Part shown: positions 27,249 to 35,805 of the stretch, piece by piece | How the letters are laid out: each line of letters opens with the position of its first letter | Numbering within the stretch: position 1 is the stretch's first letter | Virus record (IMG/VR): IMGVR_UViG_3300049048_000052 | Coordinates: 186,001 to 250,000 of that record | DNA length: 64,000 bases | Direction: 5' to 3' (one strand) | The notes under the pieces: generated by a model | The model's database searches: none | Seen by the model: the letters and a program-made list of their open reading frames with translations, nothing else | Told to the model about the DNA's origin: nothing | Made by a program: the position numbers and the translations under genes

Positions 27249-28073
27249 CTATGCTCTAGGATCAAATACACCAGGGTAATAGCTCTGGCTGTATAGGTTA
27301 TAGCTGGAGGCTTGATCTAAGAAGATTATATCCCTGAATAATGGAGGCTTAACATAGTTGATAGTATATACCTCATTTAATAGAGGGGCCGCACCATTAA
27401 ACCTAATGCCTAATTCGGTATAGACTTCCTCATTTATAGACTGAGTAATAAGGTTATCTACAACTTCCTTATACACTGTAAAGTCTTGATATATGGTGCC
27501 GTCTGAGCCTACTACTGAAACAATATCAATTATATCCAGGGGTATAGCATCATAAGTTCCGGAGCCTCTACTTATATCGATACTACCTAACTTAGGTGAT
27601 TTATGTGCATAAGAGAACCATTCTTTATAGTTGAGAGCAGCATACCCATTGCAAGAGGGGACTAGCCAATTCTCTGTCTTAATTAGCTTCTTCCTAGGTA
27701 TGGTCTTATTAACATATGATGAACCCTTAACTATGGGGTACCATATCCAATATTCAACAATATAACAAGAGTTAATACCCCAACCAATAGAAGGTGTTAG
27801 GGATAGTCTTATTAGATAGCGGTTACCTGAAGATGTTGCAACCTTGTCTATAGGGTAAACCCTATCATTGTCATGTAACATACCTAGGGAGTTGTATGTT
27901 TGAGGCGCCTTTATTCTTAAGTAGAAACGGGGTGCCATAGTAAGAATCTTAGCCCCTAACTCATTAAGAAAGAGGGGTAGATTGGTTTGTATGGTGGTGC
28001 TAAATTCCTTAGGGTCAGATGCCTCATTAGGCACTATTAAATCTGTTATGTCTGTATATATAGGGGTCTTCAT
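27249..28073 (-). CDS. hypothetical protein, probably virion-associated
   Basis: 274 aa, coupled to the terL stop (TAATG); no motif recognised. Confidence 0.75.
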   Translation of the reverse strand: MKTPIYTDITDLIVPNEASDPKEFSTTIQTNLPLFLNELGAKILTMAPRFYLRIKAPQTYNSLGMLHDNDRVYPIDKVATSSGNRYLIRLSLTPSIGWGINSCYIVEYWIWYPIVKGSSYVNKTIPRKKLIKTENWLVPSCNGYAALNYKEWFSYAHKSPKLGSIDISRGSGTYDAIPLDIIDIVSVVGSDGTIYQDFTVYKEVVDNLITQSINEEVYTELGIRFNGAAPLLNEVYTINYVKPPLFRDIIFLDQASSYNLYSQSYYPGVFDPRA

Positions 28074-29827
28074 TATAAGCCTTTCCTAACCTTACCTATT
28101 GCATTACCCATCTTTAGCACACGTTTGAGGTCATTGGGTGTTTGAAGTTTACGGGTATTACTATTTGATACCTTGGTAACAGAACCCATAACCCCAGATA
28201 CTATACCCGATTGCACCTGATAGTTATAACAGTTATATACTGCAAGGCAGATAGCATCAGCTATATCCTTGCCAGCATAAGGGTGGACTATCTGCTTATT
28301 GGGCTTAAGAACTAGTTCAGAGAGCTCAGCCTTAATATCCCCTGTCCAGGTACTATCCTTAGGGAATATGAGAAGGTTCTGATTAAGCAAATCTCTAAGT
28401 AAGGTGTAGTATAACAATTGCTTCTCTCTACTTGAAGATATCTCTGCGGTAGGTATACCCTGCATATGTAGCTTCTGTATAAGGGATGCTGAGTTAAAGC
28501 TGTCAAAGGTTACCTTCTTAACGCCCCTTGATCTACATAAGAGTAAGAGTTTATCCTCTATATCAGTAAATGAGACCACTCTCTTAATGCCCTTCTGGTC
28601 AGTCCTAGGTTGCCACTTAAGGACTCCGTCTATTTGTATACCCCATCTACCATCCTCTAATTTAACAGAGCGGGATATAGCAAGGGCAGCACTATCTTTC
28701 TTAAGTGCAGGGTCTACATGTATAAAGGAATGCAGACTAACATCACTAAAGAGACGATCTATCTGTATACCAACATATTCCCTCCTGTCTCCATTAACCT
28801 CTAGATCTAGATCAACACCCCTAGCATCAAATGCAGAGGGACCTGTGCATGCTTTCTCTACATTGGTGCGAGATAGAAAAGTATTATGTTTACTACTTCT
28901 AATACCCTCATATTCAAGACGGGCACTAATATAATCCTTAGCGTAATCGGAGACAATAACTTGTGTACGGTCCTTACTCATTGTAGGATTAAGCTGAAAA
29001 GTACTTAACCTAAAACCTAGACTATTAGCATCAGTCTGACTAGCTAAGTAGAGACGCTCTATAGGATCTCCTATCTCCCATGCTGATGAGATAGCTACCT
29101 TACGTCCATGTGATTGGAAGGCAGAGGTACCTTTACCTACGTTGTCCCACATCAGGTCCGCCCCATTGGTACCAGTTTCCTTACTAGTCTCAAAACGTGC
29201 GGCTTCATCCAGGATCATACACTTAAGTGAGTACCCAACCAGTGCTCTAGAGTTAGTATGCTTAGCATATATACCTATATTCTTAGCAGGACATCTAACC
29301 TCCTCAGATAGGATCTCTATTATGCCAGAGTCCTGCAAACCCTTAAAGTACATAGAACCTTCAGCATAACCCTTGATCTTAGCAAAGATAGTCTCTTTAG
29401 CTTGATCTTGTGACTGAGATATAACGAAGATAGCTATAGGATCATTAGGTAGAATACCATAGGTCTTAGCAGGACTCTCAAGTGTAATCAGATCATAGAA
29501 CTCTTTAAGGGCTATGATAGAGGCAATGGTAGACTTAGAACCTCTTCTTCCTGCTTCAAGGACTAGGTTGATATAATGTCTGCCCTCTACCCAGGTAGTC
29601 CTATCTAAACCTAGCCATTCAGAGAGTATAGTCTTATCACTCTCGGTCAACTCTTCATTGTAGAAGGCTCTAAGTATAGCTCTCTGTTGAGGATAGAGAG
29701 TATACTGGCCATTGAATAAGACATCCTCAGCAAACTCAACGATACCCATATCATTGTTACCTCGGATGCTCATGCTAATCATGGAGAGCATCCGGTTAAA
29801 CAAGTCGTCCTGGTTTATATCCTTCAT
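28073..29827 (-). CDS. terL: terminase large subunit
   Basis: LYPQQ (adenine-binding motif), Walker A AGRRGSKS, Walker B ILDEAARF, ISSAW; nuclease HVDPA..KD, TFDSFNS, KDIADA. Confidence 0.9.
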   Translation of the reverse strand: MKDINQDDLFNRMLSMISMSIRGNNDMGIVEFAEDVLFNGQYTLYPQQRAILRAFYNEELTESDKTILSEWLGLDRTTWVEGRHYINLVLEAGRRGSKSTIASIIALKEFYDLITLESPAKTYGILPNDPIAIFVISQSQDQAKETIFAKIKGYAEGSMYFKGLQDSGIIEILSEEVRCPAKNIGIYAKHTNSRALVGYSLKCMILDEAARFETSKETGTNGADLMWDNVGKGTSAFQSHGRKVAISSAWEIGDPIERLYLASQTDANSLGFRLSTFQLNPTMSKDRTQVIVSDYAKDYISARLEYEGIRSSKHNTFLSRTNVEKACTGPSAFDARGVDLDLEVNGDRREYVGIQIDRLFSDVSLHSFIHVDPALKKDSAALAISRSVKLEDGRWGIQIDGVLKWQPRTDQKGIKRVVSFTDIEDKLLLLCRSRGVKKVTFDSFNSASLIQKLHMQGIPTAEISSSREKQLLYYTLLRDLLNQNLLIFPKDSTWTGDIKAELSELVLKPNKQIVHPYAGKDIADAICLAVYNCYNYQVQSGIVSGVMGSVTKVSNSNTRKLQTPNDLKRVLKMGNAIGKVRKGL

Positions 29828-30798
29828 GGTATTAGTAATGTGCCCTTAATGTTTAGGACCTTCTGTGTTCCTGGTATAGGAGGTAATATAGATACTAGAC
29901 CTAAGGATTGTCTAATAAGGTTAATGTCTGTATCTGAGGAGCCTGCCATATAATATATGTTAGGAGCACCAGGCATGAAGTATTTAGCTGATGGACTATC
30001 TACTACATTAACCTTAAGGGGCATAGTACCTGTGTCAGTTATTTGTGTGAACATGATCCAGGCTGACTTATCTATATGTATATTAAGTAGGGTATCTACA
30101 TCCATTGGATAATCCAGGGTACTAGTATAGGATGATAACATCTCTCCCATAGTGGGTACATTAGCCGTGGTTCCCTCTAGGAGGAATACCTTTATAGGAT
30201 ATAAGGGCGTACTTAACCTATTCGGGTCTCTGTAGATAGAACTAGCATCTAAACTAATCTGATTGGCCTGATATGTATCAGTCTTATTAGTCTTTGATTT
30301 AAAGTAATTGTTACTTATAGGGGAGGTGGTTGATACTCTATTAATAAGAAGTATCAGTATTCTATTACTGCCTTTATAAGTAGGGAACTGTAGATAATAG
30401 GTGGCCCCTGATTTGGACTCCATTACCAGAGCCTTATCTAATATAGAGTTACCAAATACACCTAGGTGGTCACTAACACTATATAGCAGCCTACCCTCAG
30501 TATCTAAGATGCTATAAGGTTCATCTAATATACAAGATCTCTCTGAATAACTACCGTTGAATTCATCCTTCTCATACATAATGAACCTAAAACTCCAGGG
30601 GGACAGCATAACAATACTGTCGGTATGATAAAGGAGTCTTGCAATCTGCAGGTTTAATAAAAGATTATTATGATTACTGGAATAGTCTATATCATTAGCA
30701 TCAGCTATGGCAGACACCAAAGGACCTGGGCCCCCAAAGTTAGAGCTGGGTATAACTAATCTTTTAGATATAAATGACAGGACCTCGGTGGCGCTCAT
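29824..30798 (-). CDS. hypothetical protein (structural module)
   Basis: 324 aa ORF with ATGA coupling to terL. Confidence 0.75.
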   Translation of the reverse strand: MSATEVLSFISKRLVIPSSNFGGPGPLVSAIADANDIDYSSNHNNLLLNLQIARLLYHTDSIVMLSPWSFRFIMYEKDEFNGSYSERSCILDEPYSILDTEGRLLYSVSDHLGVFGNSILDKALVMESKSGATYYLQFPTYKGSNRILILLINRVSTTSPISNNYFKSKTNKTDTYQANQISLDASSIYRDPNRLSTPLYPIKVFLLEGTTANVPTMGEMLSSYTSTLDYPMDVDTLLNIHIDKSAWIMFTQITDTGTMPLKVNVVDSPSAKYFMPGAPNIYYMAGSSDTDINLIRQSLGLVSILPPIPGTQKVLNIKGTLLIP

Positions 30799-30800
30799 GG

Positions 30801-31295
30801 TTATGGGGTTGTACTGATTCTAAGGTTGGCAGTATGAGTAAAGACAGTGGGGAATGTCAGGGATATAGGGGCAGCTATTAAGGGTTCTACAAGAACAACT
30901 AGGCCCTGTATGTTACCTCTATTATTACCATTGGCTGTTGATATACCTGTTAGGTTAGCCCCTCTAACATAAACTATGTGAGTCGCAGTATCTAGGGTTT
31001 GACCTGGGTCTGCCTGGAAAGTAGCCTGTGCTGTATTAGTGCTAAGGTTAGGATCCCCATTGACCGTAGTGCCTAATGTAACTACACTTCTCTTGTAGCC
31101 CTTGAGGGATGTAGCACCTATTTCTTTGGAGATGACATACGCCATAGTTAATGCCCTCCTAGCTGATAGTTGGGTACTATTAGGTGCATCTGTAAGACCA
31201 AGGGTCTCATCATTTATAAGGAGTGCTACTAAATTGTACGAGATATAAGTATCTATAAAAGACTTTCTTATTTCATCAGAGTATGTAGGTATCAT
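30801..31295 (-). CDS. hypothetical virion protein
   Basis: 164 aa, beta-rich and Thr/Ala-rich, in the operon. Confidence 0.7.
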   Translation of the reverse strand: MIPTYSDEIRKSFIDTYISYNLVALLINDETLGLTDAPNSTQLSARRALTMAYVISKEIGATSLKGYKRSVVTLGTTVNGDPNLSTNTAQATFQADPGQTLDTATHIVYVRGANLTGISTANGNNRGNIQGLVVLVEPLIAAPISLTFPTVFTHTANLRISTTP

Positions 31296-31305
31296 ATGAT
31301 CTTAT

Positions 31306-31746
31306 TTATATAGTGAACCAGGCTGTGCCATTGCTGTATATGTGAACCTTAGTGTTTACCACATAGGTAGAGGTTCCCTCTATTTGATTTGAGCCAAAGG
31401 GATCCAAGCTTATAGGATAGGTATCACCCTGGTTAGATTCGTCTCTGATTATATAGACCTTACCAGGAGATACTAAGGTGACGTTAGGTAAATTAAGCGT
31501 AATAGCGGTTGTTCTCTGTCCTATGCCGATAATATAATCAGAGGCGCTGAGGGTGATAGGGGTTTGATTATAGTTAGCATAACTAACAATGCCGCCGGAT
31601 ACTTGATTAAGTTCATCCTCAACAGCTGATATAAACTGGTTAATCCTAAATACCACAGCGGTCCCGTTAGAGCCTTCTACGGGATCTTCTATAAGTTGTA
31701 TGTTAGCACTACCTTGTACTAACTTATTATCCTGAAAGTCTGCCAT
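31306..31746 (-). CDS. tail-fibre-type domain protein
   Basis: YII.......ITLNLP......GKVYIIRDE.....PI.L.P.G...IEG.......IYSNG..WF is a module common at fibre C-termini. Confidence 0.6.
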   Translation of the reverse strand: MADFQDNKLVQGSANIQLIEDPVEGSNGTAVVFRINQFISAVEDELNQVSGGIVSYANYNQTPITLSASDYIIGIGQRTTAITLNLPNVTLVSPGKVYIIRDESNQGDTYPISLDPFGSNQIEGTSTYVVNTKVHIYSNGTAWFTI

Positions 31747-32832
31747 TTAGTCTCCTATATTAATTGATGCTAGGTCTGATGACTGTGTAATGTCATAAGC
31801 CTGGTTTGTACTTAAAATACTTATATTAATGCCAGGATTAGTAGGATCATCAATAGCCTTAGCTAATTCATAGAACTGTAAAGCATATGGATTAGTCTCC
31901 TCAGTCTCCTCTAATTTAAGGAAGGAGGTACCATCCTCTCTCTCATATAGTATGTAGCTATTAAGAGGATCATACTTTGAGGTAGTCCTATAACCAGTGC
32001 TAAGACCGTACATATTTAAGTAAGAGTTGTTAGGTGGTATACCTACGATTAGGCAAGGATCTAAGACAATTTCATCACTAGTTGTATTACCTAATGGATA
32101 ATCTAAGTTGATAGGCCTCAGGGTTGATATGTATAAATCATCCTTTATACCATAGAGACCTAAGGAGTCAAAGTACTCAAAGAGTAAGGAACCATTAGAC
32201 TGCTGGGCTACCTTACCAGTGAAATAGAAGTAGGGTTGATATGGATGATAAAAGTCATCTGCTATATCTAAGCTATAATATGACTCAAAACTAGAGGCTG
32301 CTCTATTGTATAGGTACTCCTCCCTCGGGTATACCTTATTGGCTGTTAGAGCTGATGTATTATAGTAAGTAACGTGGGGTAGTTTGTCCTTAAGTAAGGC
32401 CCTAGAGTTAGCAGAGACGGGAGCATACAAATACTTCCAGGTGGACATAGGTAAGTCCTTATCCCCTAATACGAATTCATAGTATAGGTTGGTAGTCCTA
32501 TAGGGCCGCCCGTCATAACCTATAAGAAAGAAGCTATTAATCATAGCTGCATCATTAAACATATTAGTATCAAAGTAACTAGGGTAGATACCCTCTCTTA
32601 CATTGATGGTCCCTGTATACTCATAACCCTCATTGAGTACCTCGGTTATAGCTAGGGATACTGGCTTATCTGGAGTTAATGGTAGGGTTATAGGGTTAAA
32701 CAGCTTGGGGTGCTTAGGATGCCTTGCTCTCTGTTCTCTAAGTTGTGAGACATAAGTGGCAAAGTCCACTACATTACCGGCCGCTATTCTATCTAGTCTT
32801 TCTTGTAACCTTGTCATTATCTCTTCCTCCAT
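31747..32832 (-). CDS. hypothetical virion protein
   Basis: 361 aa, Tyr-rich, in the operon. Confidence 0.75.
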   Translation of the reverse strand: MEEEIMTRLQERLDRIAAGNVVDFATYVSQLREQRARHPKHPKLFNPITLPLTPDKPVSLAITEVLNEGYEYTGTINVREGIYPSYFDTNMFNDAAMINSFFLIGYDGRPYRTTNLYYEFVLGDKDLPMSTWKYLYAPVSANSRALLKDKLPHVTYYNTSALTANKVYPREEYLYNRAASSFESYYSLDIADDFYHPYQPYFYFTGKVAQQSNGSLLFEYFDSLGLYGIKDDLYISTLRPINLDYPLGNTTSDEIVLDPCLIVGIPPNNSYLNMYGLSTGYRTTSKYDPLNSYILYEREDGTSFLKLEETEETNPYALQFYELAKAIDDPTNPGINISILSTNQAYDITQSSDLASINIGD

Positions 32833-35234
32833 AGCTCTAACGTACCTTGAGTTATAGAATAAACTAGGTCAGCAGGCTTTGACTGTTTTACTCCTGATAT
32901 ATCTATCCAGTAGACGTAGTCAGTCTTAAGGCCGGGTACGATTGAATTGGTAGATTGTATACCTAACCAACGGGAGACAAAGGAGCTGTTACCCGATACG
33001 TCAGTTATACGGACTGTATTAACTGGGAGTGGACCATTAGGTTTTACAACATCCCCAAGATATAACTGCTTACCATCTGGGCCTTTACCAATCGGTCCTT
33101 TAGAGGTATTGCTAGAAGCAGGAGATGAGGGCCTAGTCTCTGTGTTGCTGGCAGTAGAAGGTATACTTTTAGCGTCTATACATACCTGCACGTTAGTGCT
33201 AACGTTAATCCATCTCTCTAGGTCCTGTATAGTATAGAAGTTTAGACCCCCTTCAGCAAGGCCCCCCATTATTAAACGGTAAGCTTCTGATGGCATTACC
33301 TCAAAGGTATTGCTAGGACCTACTACACTAAAGTTCCTTCTAATAATCCTACCGCTGCTTATTATGTATAAGTCAAAGTCAAAGTTTCCTATTATCTTAG
33401 TGGCTCCCAAGCTTTCTAATTTAGCATCAGGATTGTAAGGAGGGGTAGCAGGGTTATAAGTTATACGTCTGCCCTTCTGCAGTAAGTCTTCTAAGGCTCT
33501 CTTATACTCCGAGCCACCCCATAGGCGATCAGGGGAGACTCCGTAGGTTTTAGCTCTTTGTATAAGGGAGTTTATAGCCTCCTTACCTCTATATAGCTTG
33601 CCGTCATCAGGCTCACAGATAAATTCACCTGTGGAATCTACTTTCCTCAAATACACTAGTTCACAGGTGGAAACGTTATAGGCTAGGAACCTACGAGAAG
33701 ATCTACCTGTATCCTTCTCCCCAAATATAGGATTACCTTGTATATCCCTTGTAACCCAACCACCAGATTTTATAGAGGTTAATACCGCGTCGTTACATCT
33801 ACTACTGAGTTTCTTAGTAGATGGATCGGGAACGCTAGCATCTACAGCCCCATCAACCTCATTAGTAAGGTTAACCGGCTCATCAGATCTATTGCCGTGA
33901 TCAATCACCTCAAGGTCCATGGTATACCAGGTCCTATCAGATCTAGTATGGAAGGCCTCTATCTTACGTACGAAGGCCTTGAACTTAGGATTACCCGTAG
34001 CAGGATCCCTTAACTGAGTACTTAGCTCAGGGGATGGATCTGACTTCTGAGTAATATCATTATTACGGGCCATGTTGATCTCTACTACTAACTCATTAGA
34101 GTCTAGGACTGATATCCTATAGAACTCATTGAAGCTATTATAAGAGTCAAATGTAGACTTAATGAACTTAAGGTTACCATAAGGTCTTTGATCCGCTGGA
34201 CCTTTATAAGAGGGATCGGGACTATCAGGACTATTAAGTAAGTTCTTAGCACCTAGGAAGTGATTATAGTTCCTAATGGATTCACCATCAGCCCCAGTGA
34301 ACGCACCTACTATAGTAACCATAACAGTATCAACTCCAAGATGCTGATAGGCAGGTTGGAATCCTGGTATCCTATGTTTAATAACGTTAGGTACCACCTT
34401 GATAGAGAGACCGGGTTGGGCCCCTGGTACGTCCATAGAACCCTGCATAGGTATGACAGACTTCATAGCAGGTAGTAAGGACATATACCATTCCTTTTCT
34501 ATCTTATTTTGGAACTCTGGTTTTATCCTTTGACCTAAAGTAGAACCGCTGACGAAGTTACCTATTGTGCTTCCTCCAGAAGTACCATCCCTACTACCGC
34601 CTAATACCCCGCCTAAGCTCTCCAGGCTAGAGCTGGCTGAGATACCTGTAGAAGTATTACTTGAACCCGCACCAGGTAAAGGCTCTAAACCTAAATAGGT
34701 AAACTTAATACCCCAGGAAGCAGCGCTCATAGGGCTGCTATCATTAGTGGTATCTGGCTTAGCAGTGGGATCCAATCCGCCCCCTGCTTTCATGGTTTTG
34801 TCCTCAGTTGAAGCATTACCCTTGGACTTCTTTATTTCATCCTGTAGATATTTGATAGCAGAGTTGAGAGATGCTAACTGTATTTTCTGGAAGGAGGCAA
34901 TATTATTATCTACTTCTATACAACGGGTTCTCTCAGTGGGAGGTATGGTAGTGCTCTTACAGAAGGCGGTAGCGTATTTATAAGACTCGTATATGGGCTT
35001 TGATAGACGGCCAAAGTCTGTCGACTTACCTGTGGCTATAAGGTCCAGCTCATCATAACTATACCTTAGAAGAACATCGAGAGTATCTAACTTAGCACCT
35101 AGATATTTATAGTTATCAGGCAGGGCCCTTGCACCTACAAAGGTATCGAGGGTACTTTCTATTACTTTACCTAGGACGGGTAGGCTCTCAGTCGCCACTA
35201 ATATTAGGTTCTCTTTTGCTTGTTCTACTGTCAT
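32817..35234 (-). CDS. large hypothetical tail-associated protein
   Basis: 805 aa with low-complexity Ser/Gly linkers between folded blocks (KHRIPGFQPAYQHLG). Confidence 0.75.
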   Translation of the reverse strand: MTVEQAKENLILVATESLPVLGKVIESTLDTFVGARALPDNYKYLGAKLDTLDVLLRYSYDELDLIATGKSTDFGRLSKPIYESYKYATAFCKSTTIPPTERTRCIEVDNNIASFQKIQLASLNSAIKYLQDEIKKSKGNASTEDKTMKAGGGLDPTAKPDTTNDSSPMSAASWGIKFTYLGLEPLPGAGSSNTSTGISASSSLESLGGVLGGSRDGTSGGSTIGNFVSGSTLGQRIKPEFQNKIEKEWYMSLLPAMKSVIPMQGSMDVPGAQPGLSIKVVPNVIKHRIPGFQPAYQHLGVDTVMVTIVGAFTGADGESIRNYNHFLGAKNLLNSPDSPDPSYKGPADQRPYGNLKFIKSTFDSYNSFNEFYRISVLDSNELVVEINMARNNDITQKSDPSPELSTQLRDPATGNPKFKAFVRKIEAFHTRSDRTWYTMDLEVIDHGNRSDEPVNLTNEVDGAVDASVPDPSTKKLSSRCNDAVLTSIKSGGWVTRDIQGNPIFGEKDTGRSSRRFLAYNVSTCELVYLRKVDSTGEFICEPDDGKLYRGKEAINSLIQRAKTYGVSPDRLWGGSEYKRALEDLLQKGRRITYNPATPPYNPDAKLESLGATKIIGNFDFDLYIISSGRIIRRNFSVVGPSNTFEVMPSEAYRLIMGGLAEGGLNFYTIQDLERWINVSTNVQVCIDAKSIPSTASNTETRPSSPASSNTSKGPIGKGPDGKQLYLGDVVKPNGPLPVNTVRITDVSGNSSFVSRWLGIQSTNSIVPGLKTDYVYWIDISGVKQSKPADLVYSITQGTLELWRKR

Positions 35235-35644
35235 GGCTTGTATGTATGCATAAGGTTATATAGGACCTCCGATGGTCTATCTAAGCCCTGAAGGGATGTA
35301 GTATCTGTGTCGCTAACATCATAATAGATACGCATACTACCAGTATCAAATAGAGGGGCCTTAAAGGGGCTGACTACGTTGCGGTCTACATAAGGTGGAT
35401 TAATAACCTCTATAGAACTAAGGTTAAACTTAGATACCTCTACTAGTTCCTCATCTGTAAAGAGAGTAATGTCATAACCCTGCAATAGTATAGCCATAAG
35501 TATAAGTTTAGCCTCCCCAATTAGGGGAAGCCTCTTAATAAGTATCTGGAATATATGAGTGACTGATTCCCTACTAGGATTAACCTTACTGTTTAGTTCT
35601 AAGGTAGTCAGCTTATTAAACAGGCTCTGAAGCTGGGAGTTCAT
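35231..35644 (-). CDS. hypothetical protein
   Basis: 137 aa, ATGA coupling to the downstream gene. Confidence 0.7.
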   Translation of the reverse strand: MNSQLQSLFNKLTTLELNSKVNPSRESVTHIFQILIKRLPLIGEAKLILMAILLQGYDITLFTDEELVEVSKFNLSSIEVINPPYVDRNVVSPFKAPLFDTGSMRIYYDVSDTDTTSLQGLDRPSEVLYNLMHTYKP

Positions 35645-35804
35645 TAGATTTATTCCTAATTAGTTCGTTAACTAGTTGTTCTAGTTGTATCACTCTCTCC
35701 CTTAGTTCCTGTATCTCAGCATCCTTAGGGGACTTTCTTATTATGATGGCACCACTCTCGTCATAGTAGGCATTTATAGGTAGGTGGTGATTATTATTAT
35801 TCAT
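35616..35804 (-). CDS. small coiled-coil protein (62 aa, MNNNNHHL...); start revised from 35843
   Basis: ATG at 35804 follows the upstream stop (35806-35808); EIQELRERVIQLEQLVNEL heptads. Confidence 0.65.
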   Translation of the reverse strand: MNNNNHHLPINAYYDESGAIIIRKSPKDAEIQELRERVIQLEQLVNELIRNKSNELPASEPV

Positions 35805-35805
35805 A

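Noticed and set aside
7110-29827. Inteins, introns or homing endonucleases in the helicase, ligase, primase or terminase
   Set aside because: All four have normal lengths and contiguous motifs; no LAGLIDADG, HNH or GIY-YIG motif or intein splice junction was seen.
14056-31310. T4-type late promoters TATAAATA at 14056-14063 (+) and 31303-31310 (-)
   Set aside because: Only two copies: one is 2 nt from an ATG and the other is built from a stop codon; other late-gene starts lack the motif.
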